A stretch of 64,000 nucleotides of DNA from Pavona decussata (GCA_977016875.1 CDRNST010000227.1:62001-126000); one strand, 5' to 3'. Shown: positions 1-14,100, counted from the first letter of the stretch. The notes: generated by a model not told the origin, from the letters alone. Program-made: numbers and translations.

Positions 1-780
1 TATCGGCCGATAGTGTCGGTGATCTATCGGTAAACTATCGGTGACCTATCGGCGAGCTATTGGTCGACTATCGGTGAACTATCGGCGAGCTATCGGTCGA
101 CTATCGGTCGGCGAGCTATCTTTGAAGTAGCATTGTGGTGGTATAGTAAACTTTTGTGGTGCTACAGTAAAACAGGTAGTAGTTATTCAAAAACAAATCT
201 AAATTCCCGTCATAAAATGGCCAATAAAGTAATAACAATAATAATAATAATAAAAATAATGATAATAATCATAATAATTTGTTCTAGCAAGCCTCAAGTT
301 CCCCCGACTATAAAACTTGTTAAAACTTTTTTTAAATCGACGCTTAAAAGCAAGATATCGACACAGCATCAGTGGAATGTCGGGCAAATTTAACGACCGA
401 CATATCGACTGAGACTCGACTGCAGCTGACACTTGGTCGGCCGAGTATCGACCGAGTATCGGTAACGTATCGGCAGACTATCCGTAAAGTATCACTAAGG
501 TATCGGCCGAGTGTCAATGACACTAAAACCGTATCGACCAAGTATCGGTAAGGTATCGGCAGACTATCGGTAAAGTATCGCTAAGGTATCGGGCGAGTGT
601 CGACGACACTAAAACCGTATCGGTCGACACACATCCGTCGATATATCGGCTGATGCTCGACCGACACCCGGTCGAATCGCGGTCGATATATCGACGGAGT
701 GTTGATCGGTACTCGGTTGATATATCGGCCGAGTGTCGGTCGATATATCGACCGATAGTGTTGACCGACACTACCTACAG
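1..780. repeat. CpG-rich interspersed repeat built from degenerate ~11-nt TATCGG/TCGAC units, with an internal ~86-bp tandem duplication (455-540 / 541-~625)
   Basis: Many tatcgg/gtcgac units at 1-120 and 400-775; the duplicated block agtatcggtaa(c/g)gtatcggcagactatc...cactaaaaccgtatcg is directly visible. Lies downstream of the F-box exon's splice donor. Confidence 0.7.
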
Positions 781-958
781 ATCCATCTAGACTTTCAGAG
801 GGTTCTACTGAGCCAGAACTGTCATTAATGACCATAACCCATAACACCTGCCTTGAAAGATGTTATGGGTGACCTGGACAGTTGTATGGTCAGTAAATCA
901 TGTCGGCAAATGCTAATGACAGCCCTGTGAACTATAGCATACAAAGTTGGTCTCTTAC

Positions 959-1827
959 TTCAAATGCTGGCATTTTGCAATGAGCTTAACAGTAAAGTCT
1001 GTCATATTCTCTCCATCCAACCACAGATGCTCAAGACGACCTCTGCAGTTCTCAACTAACACTGCAATAGCATCGTGAGTAATCCATTGAACGCCATCAA
1101 AGTTTAATGAACAAAGTCGACAACATTCTGTGGAGAGGAATTGCAGTCCACTGTCTGTGAGATGTGTACAGTGAGAAGCATTGAGCTTTTGTAAAGGCAA
1201 CTTTTCTAGGCCTTCCAAACACTTATCTGTTACAGCACATCCCTCTAAATTTATGTCACGCAAATGAGGGCAAAACGTGACAAATTCATTAAGAGTCTCT
1301 TTAGTAACTTGATCACAGAAAGACAACGACAAAGACTGTAAATGAGGACACGACTGAGCTAAAATGCTGCTTCCTTGCAATGTCAGTACCGTTCTTGGCT
1401 GCAGATAAAGGTGTTTAAGAAGCGGACAATTTGATACTATGAACTCGGTGAGTTCCTCGAACGAAATTATTCGGTTGCTCTCCAACAGTGACAGTCTCTG
1501 CCACAAAAGAGGACACCTTGAATAATATAGCCACAGTTTACAAACCGGAGCAACAGTCTTGCACAATTCTCGAAGGGGCAGGAATGAAAATATTTTGAGA
1601 ATAAGTTCTTCTGGAAGAATGTCAAATGGTGCAGTCTCTTGTTCCAGATACGTTGACTGTTCAACAAGCTGTGTTTCGGAAAATTCTTCCACGACAATGG
1701 TTTCTTCTACATCATCATCATCCTCATCGTTAAATTCTTCATCACTTTTGCCTTCTTCTAGAAATGAAATGTTCACATCTTGCTCCAGCGCTTCCAAAAC
1801 TCGAGCTGCGTTAGTCTCAAAATCCAT
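959..1827 (-). CDS. F-box/leucine-rich-repeat (FBXL-family) protein, first coding exon; gene probably continues leftwards
   Basis: Acidic N-terminus, F-box motif (FDILPEELILKIFSFLPLRELCKTVAPVCKLW) and cysteine-containing LRRs (CPHLQSLSLSFCDQVT, LQKLNASHCTHLTDSGL). The ORF stop at 955 overlaps a donor AA|gtaaga at 958, so this is most likely an exon end. Confidence 0.88.
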
Positions 1828-2185
1828 CGCGACTCCATGTTTACATCAGTGGTCAACAACTTGTCAGTCACCACTGGGGTAGGGTAAGTTTGCGCAGTTA
1901 GTACTAATATTTTGTAAAAAGATCGACAAAAAATATCAAAAAATAAAGTCATGAAGAATCTATCAAAAGCTTCAAAGCTGGTGTGAATCGTGTAATGGTA
2001 TATTGTTAATTTCAATGATACTCAATCAACTTTTTTAAATTTTTTACACCCCTCACCGGTGTGTAAGACGTTTTGAGCTTCAAGTGGTTTCATATGAGGT
2101 AGTTGATTCTTTTCTTATCAACCGCTGTGCAATCACTCCACGTGAAGAATGGTTTAGTCGAGCTTGATTTGAGACTGAGTTTAGA
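1828..2185. promoter_or_regulatory. Probable bidirectional promoter shared by the FBXL gene (-) and UTP18 (+)
   Basis: Divergent ATGs at 1827 (-) and 2186 (+), only 358 bp apart. Confidence 0.6.
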
Positions 2186-5100
2186 ATGTCAAAAAGGAAG
2201 GAAAAAAGGGAAATGATACAGAAAACATGCGATGAGGCTTCCCCTAAAATAAGAAAGAAGCGAACGACTTGTGAGAACTCAGATGATGAAACAGAGAAGA
2301 CCTTAGAGAGACTGGTGTTTGGAGGTGAAAGTGATGCTATCAAGGCACTAGACAAAAACTTTGCTGTGGATGATCATGAGTTAAGTTCAAGTGATGAGGT
2401 AGGCCTTATCTTCCAAGCACAATGAATAAGGGTGATGTTTGTATTCTTAGCTTAAATAATTGGTCAAGTACTTTATAATAAACTGATTGACTCCAGAACG
2501 GCAGAACCTACTTAGTCTTACAGTAAAATCAATACAGATGTAATTACAGTACAAAGTAATTTGAGTGCTACATGTACAGTGGGGAAAATTTAATAATTCA
2601 AAACTTCTTATTATATAAGGTTGCGTTTTCATTGGCCATTTATCCAAATAGCAATAGCTACATGTAAGTGAGTGGATAACCTAAACGCAGTGGCTATTCG
2701 TACGGCACCCGTACGGCGACTTGTATTTGCTATTTGTACGGGAGTCCGAAGATTTCATAGGATTTCTCTGTAATTCCTGATTCTCGCTTATCCAAATTAT
2801 TATATTTACCTTTAGAAGGAATAAGCGAATCCAGTGAGTGCCCTTTCTTTGAGCGAGATAAGTTTGCGTACTCTCTGCTCACTAAGCGAACGAGCCACTC
2901 GCGACACTTCAAACTTTTTCCGAGCTACTAACATAGACTCGCACATGTCACGCAACCTCTTCTTCACAGATCAACTGGCTACAATTAGTACGCTGTAGCT
3001 TAAAAATGTGCGAAAAGAATTTCTTATACTTTATAAATAGTTATAATACACTGACTTGGATCGGGGTGTAAGTGACAACTTGGTAATTCAATGAATTTGA
3101 ACTCACGTTGGTAATTAATCCCGTACGAATTATTCGCATTTTTGCTATTCATACGGGAATCTCTAGTAGGCGCAGTTTCAGTCATTGCAGTGAAAATTTA
3201 TACCTGTGTCAGAAGGAGAGGTGTGTTCTGTTATCTTCAACATAATTTCTGTACGGAAATGCGAGTGTCTTCCATTAAGTGAAACTCCCATTTCGCGGCT
3301 TTCTGGCCGTACGAATAGCATCACGTAGGTTGGGAATACGGGAGTCCACGGAACTGCTTAATCAGTATACCACCGGTCAGGATCAGTTGTCTGAATTTCT
3401 CAACCAGGTTAGCGATTCTTAAATTTAATGATAATTTTTACTGATACTCATAGGAATCCCAAATGAATAGCAAATATATATACCAGTCGCTGTACGGTCT
3501 CTTCTAATCGCGTGACGTGTGCGTGAATATAGCGCAAAACAATTCCAAGTGTCGCGAGTGGCTCGTTCGCTTAGTGAGCAGAGAGTACGCAAACTTATCT
3601 CGCTCAAAGAAAGGGCACTCACTGGATTCGCTTATTCCTTCTAAAGGTAAATATAATAATTTGGATAAGCGAGAATCAGGAATTACAGAGAAATCCTATG
3701 AAATCTTCGGACTCCCGTACAAATAGCAAATACAAGTCGCCGTACGGGTGCCGTACGAATAGCCACTGCGTAACCTAAAAACAGTGCTTAGGAAAAAAAA
3801 ATGACTTTACACTGTTATTTATAATGAAGCATTTCTTCAGCTACATACATGTATACAATAATAAATTAAATATAGAGTAAAGAATATTTACAGTAGGGAC
3901 CTTAAGCAGAGATGAGGGCACCCACGAAAATTTACTATAACCTAAAATTAAATTCACACTCTCTGAACTATTAAGCAGCAATCCCGATTCATTTAATTTG
4001 CATGATGTGGTTTCCAGAAAATACTGTAAATTCTCTATTAAGAACCCCCCCCCTTTCAGAGGAAGAAAGTTATTAAGCCCCCCCCCCCCCCCCCTTTTTT
4101 TCTTTACAGCCAAATTACACACAGTACATGTACGGTATTCAGTGTTTAACACTTCGATTTAGCTTACTGTTTTGTCTAGGTTGTTGTTTTCCTATTTACA
4201 ATTTTTGTACTTCATAAATTTCAAGGTTCCCACAAGTGAATAAAAATGTTGAAAATAACTTGTACAACAAGAGTACAATAATCACTCAAATCTCCATATT
4301 ATAGACTAAATTTGATTCTGAGACAACATTACGGCTTTATAATGACCGTTAGTTGGGAGAAAATATATTCTTGGCGACTCCGCCCAATACGGAATATATT
4401 TCTCCCAACGTAATGCCGTAATGTCATCTCAAAATCAAATTTAGTTTTTTATCACGATGCAAACATTTTGTTGGAGGGAGAAAACAGATAAAGTACAAAT
4501 CATGCGCTGATTGAAAGAGAAATTCTTATTTCTGTCAAACTGTAGCCATGGTAATATCCAAACGCAAAATTTTTTCTCGGGACAGGTTATTTGAATCTTT
4601 GGCTTTAATTTTTATGTCAAAACAAAAAAAATGCAAACATTTACAGTCCATAAAGGACCTACCATTGATGAAATAGACGAGCTAGTAGGTTTAAATATTT
4701 TACCAGCAAATTTTATTGAAAATTTGTTACTGCCGCAAGATAAACAACAACATGAAAACAGTGATAAATAAACCTCACAGCCAGGAGCAAGAGTAAAAAA
4801 AGCAACCATACAAGTACCCAAAAACGACAGACAGAGCATTGTAATCCTAGCTTTAGATGCCGTGGAGAATTAAAACTTTGAAATAAACCAAGCGGCGAAG
4901 GATACTGTAAAAATTATCGAGTCTGCTGTTCTGCTCTTGGGCTAGCTATGACAAGAAGATCAAATTGACAGACCTGACCATGAAAGACAACGCAGCAGAG
5001 CTCTTGAAGCACTTTTTTCAAGAGGTCTATAAGAGACACCAGAAAAGAAACGGCAAAGAATATGAGCCAGCAACATTGACAGCCTACCGAAAAGGCTTGA

Positions 5101-8100
5101 GAAGGCATTTTCTGGAGAGGCGCAAAGGTGAAAATTTCAACATATATCGGTGATGGTACTAGTTTAAACAAAAAATTTTGAGCAAGGCAAAAGTATCTCA
5201 AAGCGTCTGAAAAGGGGAGTAGTCCAAATAAATCAGATCCTTTTGCTTTGGGAATGCTATAATTTAATAGAATTTGAGCTCATTGTTATTTACCGTGGCC
5301 ATTTTCACACTCAAGAAAAAGTCTTTTAAGTAAATATCTCTTCATCGAATTTATAATCACTCTTTTTTGCTTACCTTCAAGGAAAAAAGTTGTATCCGCT
5401 GTATATGGTACATGTTCGCCACAAAACAAATATTATTAGACGAAGTGTTCCTTGAACATTGTCAGAAGCTTTGTAAATTCGCTTGAAAAGGAATAAACAA
5501 CACCAACCAACGTTGCATTTAAGTGCCGTGCTGCCATGCTTACATGACAGTTTTTGAGCCAATCAGAAACCATCATCTTAAGATGACATTATCGCAAAAT
5601 AACATCGCCTCAGTGCAATGAGAAAATCCCCCAGGATCGCAATAATAGACAGTCATTGCCCTGGTCCAAAACAGGAAGTAGGGAAGGGTAACTCTAGTCT
5701 GTATCTTGCTTTTTTTTGCTACCGGTAATGCGTTTTGCTAATTAAAATTAAATTAAAAGTCCCCCCCCCTCTATCAAGCCCCCCCCCCCCTCAACTGTGC
5801 TTGAAATAAATAAGCCCCCCGGGGCTTAAGAGAGGATTTACCTTATCCATACCCCCCACCACAGAGGGAATAGGAAATACTAGAGGGGTGGTGGGGGGGG
5901 GGGGGGGTAAAGGCCCAGGAAATTCCAGGAGGGAGAAGGGGTGAATGGTTAGTTTGGTTTCCAAAGTGTCATCTTCACATTCATGTTGGACATACCAATA
6001 TTTTATTGCAGCTTACCAACTTTGTAGATCATTGTCCATGATATTTGTTTAAGATATAAAAATATTGTACTAGTTTCAATTGAATGCATGACTGGGTTTA
6101 ACATTGTAATCATCTTTTGGCCAACAATACTTTCTCTTCTTTTTAAATACTAAGGATGATGATGAAGAGGTTGCCAGCACTGATATCAGAAAGAGTGGTA
6201 AACAAAGCAATCAGGGTCGACAGCCTGCTTGGGTGGATGATGCTGATGAGCTGGAGAGGTCAGAATTATATGAAGTTCATTTTCCGTCATTAACTTGATA
6301 ATATTGTGTGTTAAGTGTTAGAACACTTTCTTGGTATAAAGGTTGGTTGTATTTATACCAAACTGGGTTGTTCCAGAAAAAATTGGCACCCCCATGACGG
6401 ATGGCAAGCCTAATATTCTCAATTAATCTGGGTCAAGGGCTCTGGAAAGCCAGGCAGGAGGGGGTCTTGTGCTAAAGATTCATCCTCAGTGGTAATTTTT
6501 AATCATAAACTCTATGTTTTGAAATGAATTTAAAAAACTCTTCCGGCTTAAAACATTTAGTAGTCTTTCAAACTATGCATTTTTCATTTCACATATTTTT
6601 AAGCTTAACTATGCAGGCTTTTTTTTAAATCATGGCAAACAAGCCCGCTCCAGAATGTAAATCATGAAGGGCACGATCAAGTGAACAAACAAACAACAAA
6701 CACCCTTGAACTTTTTATTGTGTCAGCCAGAACAGGCGCTCTGGCATTTTTTGTAACTGTACATGTACATCAGGCTTAGTTGACTCTCTTGGCTTATTAT
6801 TCATAGCTCCCAGGTTAACAGTAATCAATAATTTTCCGGTTTTGTTGCCCCTATCACTAGCACCAAAAGCCAGTCAACATGAAATTTTGACTGAGGAAAG
6901 AAAAAAACACGATCATTTAAAATTTGGAACTTAGTGATTTCTTCTTCAGCATTACCTCACCACTCCTTGCAATACCCACAGACAACTTCAGGTAATACAT
7001 ATCAAACACAAGGAGAAGTGTTTCAACCCATTTCCAAACACAAAGAAGTGGGTTGAAAAAAATGAGGTGCAACCGAGTGTTCAAGGTATTTGGAAATCGG
7101 GTGAAACACTCCTCCTTGTCTATTGAGGGGCAAGCTCATCATGGTCAGCAGACTATACGTGTATAACCCTTCAAAACATGAAAGAAAAGAGAAACAATAA
7201 GTGAAAACAATCAAGAGATCTCGCTGAAAGAAAGTGAAAACATTCAATTATTTGGAATGATATGTGGTATATTATTTTGCTCATAATATCTATGCAGTAA
7301 CAACAACAAATGTGCGGACTAATACAGTTCTCACATGCAGAAACATGAACGTTACTGCTGGGCTGTTAAATTAACTATTAAGACTAGCTCTTGTTCAGCA
7401 CTTTTCACGTGAGGTCAGATTCTTCATCAATTTTTTATTTACCTCAGCCAACTCCTCAAAAGGCTCATCAAGCTCCAACTTAATGTGGTTGCTGGAGTCA
7501 GCAAGTTTGCAAAGAAATTTTGGTTAAATTACTTGCATAACTTGATAAAGCAAAGTAAGAAAAGCTCCTGGGAATTTGACATACTTGTGTTATATTCTCT
7601 GTTGAGTGAGAACCTGGCTTCTTTAACAAGAAGAAAGATCCTTGCAGTAACTACACAACTTATAAAATAAGCAGTTGCAAAAAAAAAGCCTTAAAAAAAT
7701 TCAGGCTTGAACAGGATTTGAACCCATGACCTCTGTGATGCTGGTGCAGTGCTCTACCAACTGAGCCATCGAGCCAACTAGGACCTGGTCATATTGTGAG
7801 TTTGTAATATACCTGTGAAGGATGAATAAATGAATATATGAAACATATATTTAAACTGCAGATAAAGGATTAATTAGAAGAAAGATGCTCGCAGTAAGTA
7901 CACAAGTTGTTTAGCATGCTGCACACAAATATACTACAAATTCACGACATGCTGGACTTCTCTTTTTTTTTAATGTTATTGACATTACAGTCAACTGTTA
8001 ATTTAAACAGTTTAGTCTCTTAAGTTTTCTGATTTAAATGAAGAGTTTGATATTGGCTACCGCCTACCTTTGCCTTTGCAATCAACAGCAACTTCAATGC

Positions 8101-11100
8101 CAGAACGAAGAACACAAGAGCTCTGGTCAACTCACAGATATACATGTATATTTTCATCACCAAGGAAGAAAAACTTTATAAGCATAATGTTTGGAAGTAC
8201 AGGTGTACAGAGTGAACAGTGAGGTTAAACTAAGCTTCCAACAGTTGTGAGCGGTTCATTCAAGCAAATGTTTCCATGTTAAAAATGAGAATGTTGAGTT
8301 TTTAAAAGTTTCATGGCCAATTTAGTTTTCTTGAATGTTACAAACCTTACAGATGAGAATCTTCTAAAATGTGGAATTTTAGGCTTTCTATTGCAAATTA
8401 AATCAAGGGTCTCCATAGGGGATGGGGTGAGGGGGGGGGGGGGGGGTCATGAGGTCCAGGAAATCTGGGCGGAAGAGAGGGGGTAAAAACTCTTGCCATC
8501 TGTCATGGAGATGTGGATAATTTTTTCTGGAATAACACATTAAACTCTTAGTGGAAATTATCAATTCAGGTTTGTATTAAATTAACTGTGAAGTGACAAA
8601 TAATATTTTTGAATGAGCTATTGAAGGATCAGCCTGTTCTCTGTGATGGCAACTCTCTACTGTTGCATTTTCTTGTGTCTCATGATATGCAAGTTTGAAG
8701 TTTTTCTATTGCAGATCTTAAATCTTGTCATGACACACTCAAGAAAATACTCTGTACAATCATGTAACTATGCAATGAACCTTAATTTGTTGATCTGTTT
8801 TTTTTTTTTTAATTCATCTCAAACTTTTGTTGTCCATTAATTTTTTCACAGAATTGAGATCTCAGCAGAGCCCCGCTTAAAAAAGTTGAGAAGTACAGAA
8901 GATGAGATGGTTGTCACTGGAAAGACATTTTCTCAAAAACTTAAAAAACAGTTGAGTTTATATAAATGAATTTGTTTGTAGTGTAGCCTGGGGGAGGATA
9001 ACAAATTGGCACAGATAGAAATAATAATTCAAGCATTACAAGTGCATAATGTACATGTATATTATGACAGTGGCCTCACTTGTAATGATTAAGGGAAAGT
9101 TTCTGCAGTGACCCTTATATGTTCTGTTACATTGTACACTTAATGTACACTTTGGGCAGGAGAATACAGACTGGCTCCCTGTGCTGGAAAGTCTTTTTCT
9201 GAAGCTGCCAGGATGCATTCTTTAGAACTGTCTCTTACACGTCCTTTTGGTGGAACTCCATCTTTCTTTTTTCAAACTTCCCAGAGGCCTTGTTGACTCA
9301 GTTGCACCAGCTGTCACCATGCCTGCCTAAGATTGATGTTTGATGCCAGTTATGGAAAGCTGCCCACAGCTTGTTCACGTAATGCTGGTTCTTGTGATGC
9401 ATATTCATGTACATGTAATAGTGTATGTTATTGGCAGCTTTGCATATCACCAGAGTGCAATTTGTAAATTAACTTGACTCTCAAAAAAGTTTCTTCTGTT
9501 ACATAGCGTTGGCTCAAGTCTTGAGGCATGGAAATAAACCTACTGTTATATTGCAAATAAAACAATTAAACAATCCATTTGCTTTTAATTTTCAGGTTTG
9601 AAAAAATATATGGTGATGCAAGCTGGGCAGACTTGGACAAAAAGACTAAAACAGGTACATGTCATTTTTTTAATTAAAAAATTGTAAGCTGTTTGAGATG
9701 TTGCTGTAGGCACAAATTGAATTCTTTGTTAAACCCTTTTCACTAGAATGCCATTGACCTACATGTATTGCTGTAAAGTCTGGGGTGAACCAACAGTAAA
9801 CTTCAGGCCTGTAGGCTGGGGTTTTGGACCAATCACCCCCCCCCCCCCCCACCCCCCATCCCCAACCACACACACTACCTAAAAAGGTCTGGTCTATGAC
9901 TGATAACCACCAGCAAGAGGTCTTTTTATGATATTCAGGCAAAATGCAATGCAAAATTAGGGTAATAATGCAAGCCAGGCAAGAGATCTGACTAATTCCC
10001 TGAGCTTGCTTGCATTTCTTTGTAAAGAGAGGTTGGATTTTTTGTATGATGTTCAATCTTTTATAACTTGGCTGTGTGCTAAATACAGTCTGGTGAAACC
10101 CTGCTGAGAGGCTACCCAAAATGACAGGCAAAGTGTTTGTGTAGGAGAACTGACCAGTTCAAGTGGTCCCAGTAAATTTTAGTAAGTTTGACTGAAAAAT
10201 GAAACAAAACAACTTTTTGTTTCATGGCTAGAGTGTCAGGTCCTAAATGCACTCATAATTTTTTACTTCAAAGTAGAAAATGTTTGAGCTGTCATTTGTG
10301 CCTCATAATATATACACAAGTATTTCTGTGTTCAGTTAATGACCATGTAGAAAAGTGGATCGACTTACATTGTAGCAAGGGCTACTGGAATCCAAAACAA
10401 AAGTTGGGGGTAACCATGCATTTTTTAGGAGATACATGTAATCAAGTAGCAATAATTTTAGAAGTTTTAAAATACAGAACAATGTTCAGATTTTCTTTTA
10501 CCCTTATTCTTCTTTAAATGGATTCCAACAGCCCTTTCAAAGGTCAGCTTTTCCTGCATAATCGTAAACCATGCAAAAATGATAAATTCTATTGTGTAGT
10601 TCCAGAAAATATCCATACCCCCACCACGGAGGGAATTTCACATAGGACCCCCCCACCCCCCAGGATTTTCCATTTTTGAGGTATTTTTTTAACCCCCCCA
10701 CCCCTTCGGAAATTCCTCAAATACCAGGTACACCCCCACCCCCCTCTGGAAAAGTTTTATTTCAAAAGAAGGCCTCAAAAATCAGTTTAATGTAAACATT
10801 TTAGAAATATCAAGAACTGCCTACACGAGGAGAAAATATGCGTTATCGAAGAGCGCGCATGCTGTTCAATTTCACCGGTAGAGTTTGCCAAAAAGCTCTT
10901 GATACTGAAATAATTGTTGTGTTTTATATTTACCTGTGGTCATTGACATCAAACTTTACCATTAGCTTCGCTGAAGATTTTAAATCTAAATTGTTGGAAT
11001 AAGTCCGGCAATGCAAAAATGTGTTTTTATTTAATTTGCATATGTCATGTTTACGTTCCTATGCAAATTTGTAGGAGATCAAAACTGAAAAGGATTATCG

Positions 11101-14100
11101 CTTTAGTTCTGCTTAATCAATATTTCTCATGGTAATCATTCAGTCTAGTTATTTTAGTCAATAGTTTTCTTATTGAATCGGAATAGCTTGGACAAAATAA
11201 GCATTAGCAGAGCAGGGAGACAAATTGACCTTTCAGATCGTAACTTGAAACCGCAGACGATATGGAGCCTCAAAACGAAATTAGCATGTTCACGTTCTTA
11301 TGCAAATTTTGTATGAGATCAATAACGCATTAAAAGAATGTTTAATTGGGTCTATTTTGCTGAATTTTGACATAGAAATTAAGTTAATGGTTTTGGACTT
11401 TGAATTGAAATACTTTGGACAAAATAAGTTTTAACACGGGTCAGTTTTGACAAACTGATCAATTGACCCCGGGAATTGACCTCTGCCCGTAACTTTATAC
11501 AAAAATAACAAACAAATATTTCAATGTTTTATGTAAAATTGGGGCTTTCACTTTATAGCCATACAAAAGTTTCCCTTAAAAACATTGGTACAAATTCAAT
11601 TGTAGCCAGTGAACAATATTTTTCTACGCAAGAAAGTTTCACAAACAACAGTTTTATAACAACTGAGTCACGCAACGCAGACAAAGATTTCTTGTCTCAC
11701 TTGGACTACTTCGCTTACAAAGGCTTATCGGAGAAAGGAAACATGTTTTTAATGTAACAAGGGTTTCTTTGAAACTGTTAAGCAAAGTTGCGTCTTCAAG
11801 AAAGATCTACGAAGTTGCTAAGTTGGTAAGTTACAATTTTCAACAATTATGTCTGACACGAATGTGAAGTTGACCCTCTGGAAACTTATCCCACCATTCA
11901 CCCCTCCTCCCCTCTGGAATTTCCTGGGCCATTGACCCCCCCCACCCCTCTGGAATTTCCAATTCCCTCCGTGGTGGGGGTATGGATATTTTCTGGAACC
12001 ACACATTAGTAGGCACGGTAACTAGTCCTGTAAGAAATGCGAGTTTCTCAGACCATGACTTACTCAGGTAGATTTGAATGTACAATTGACTTAAGTTAAC
12101 AATTGCGATTATCACTCAGACAGCAGTAATTATTTCTTTCATGTAATTAAAATCTAGTTCAAGAAAAACTCATGCATATTTTTAAGCCAGGATATTTATT
12201 TGTACATGTTAACATACTGAATATATGAGCTGTTTTGGTTGGTACATTACTTACATAGACTCTGAAAGTGATGATGATGATGATGATGACGATGAAGGAA
12301 ACTCAGTTCTAAAGCGAGCAGGAACTCTTTTGACTGGAAAATCAGATAATCTTCCTCAAGGATTCATTGATATTACAAGAGTCAAGGATGCAAACATTGA
12401 GAAACCTTCCAATGTAAGAAAGAACCCACAATGATGATAAACCTTACTCTGACCATTTTTGTTGTATGGATGTTTATAGTGGCTTTGTACAGTCAATGTT
12501 TCTGTAGATTATAAACTGGCCTCTTTGAGAATTGAGCTGAATTTGCATTATAATACTTTTTGTAAGTTTGTATGTGATTGTGCAATAAGTACCATACAGT
12601 AAATAGACCCTATGCAAAAATGGATGACATTTTAATATTCTTTTGTCTGTATTAAAATTAGCCCCACTAACCTCGTTCTTGAGTTCAAAAATCAAAAGCT
12701 GAATATTTTACCGTGAACGAGGCTAGTGAGGCTAATTTGAATGGAGACAAAAAAATATTAAAATGTCAGCCATTTTTCCATTAGGTCTATAGTATTCAAT
12801 TTGTCAAGTGCTTGAGACTATTAAAGTAGCACGGACATGAGTTGAACAAATGACACTTCCCCACCAAAAATTTCAAGAAGTACCCCCACCACCTCCCCCA
12901 GGGTCACAACAAGGAGTAAAAAGAAGAATATGTGTACATTTAGAGTACAAACAATTGACTCCTCAGACATTTTATATCATACACAGTCTGTAGTTATTAA
13001 TTGCAAACAGTGTTTTAAGAGGCCAGTTGGAAGTGTCATTTGCCTGTTATTAAAATTCAAGGTTGTAAAGAAATGACTGCTTTCTTTTTAGGCTACTCTC
13101 CAGTGCATTGAATTCCACCCCAGTGCTAAAGTCCTGCTCACAGCTGGCTTCAATAAAACATTAGATCTTTTCCAGGTATTTAATCTCCTTATATATCAGC
13201 TTTCCTGATATAACTACCTGCAACTTTGAAAAGTTGACATGGAGTCATCAAAACATCCGTCAACATTGTTATCGCTTGTTTTTAAATTAAATTGTTTATC
13301 GAAAATCTCAGTTATTAGAATTTTATCTCCTGCTCTGTAATATTTAATATTAATAAATTACTACCAAATTAAATTCACATGCAGCTGCTGTAATATGTAA
13401 CAAATCTCAAATGTGAACTGTTCTTTATCCCTATGCTGGCCAGGCTAGCATAATAGCATCCCACTGGGTGCTAGTAATAACATTTCTAGTGACTTTGTGC
13501 TATAAGCAGTCAAATGTGTGACTAGGATTAAATGCCAAAGTTTGGTTGCACATGATTATTGTGGTTGATTATTGATACAATGTATGTTTTCATATATAAT
13601 CACTGAGTTTTTCTACATTGTAAACTGTAGCAATAACCTGTGATTGTTGGTAATCATGTATGGAAACCAACACGCAAAACTTTACTTTCCTATTGACCCT
13701 GGTTTGACTTTTTTTGACAGATTGATGGTCAGAACAATCCAAAACTCCAGAGCATCTTTCTTGAAAATTTTCCAATTCACACTGCTCACTTCAGTGCTGA
13801 TGGAGAGCAAGTAATTTTAGCCTCACAGAGAAGGTCATTTTATGTGTATGACATGATCAAAGGAGATGTTACTAAAATCCCTCGGATAAAAGGTAATTAT
13901 GAAAATTTACATTTCAATAGATGCACTTTTAGTGCTAAGAGTTGTCCATATACATGTAGTATAGAATGGTATTCTATATTGTTTAACTGACAATTCTGTA
14001 CCTATCTGGGTATTTTCATGTTTTATTGTTTTGAAGTGTTTGGAACTGCAGATTAAACATGAAGCACAAGTTGTAGATACAAAATATGACTTTTCTATCA

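Noticed and set aside
581-847. ORF after a cag at 848 as possible FBXL exon 2
   Set aside because: The phase does not match the exon-1 donor (in-frame stop), there is no LRR pattern, and it runs into the TATCGG repeat.
2730-3726. Two identical ORFs on opposite strands (CREWLVRL...)
   Set aside because: By-product of the TIRs of the foldback element; no coding signature.
12431-12482. ATGATGA...CTGA in a UTP18 intron as a C/D snoRNA
   Set aside because: No terminal D box with a stem, no recognisable rRNA guide, and only 17 nt from the splice donor.
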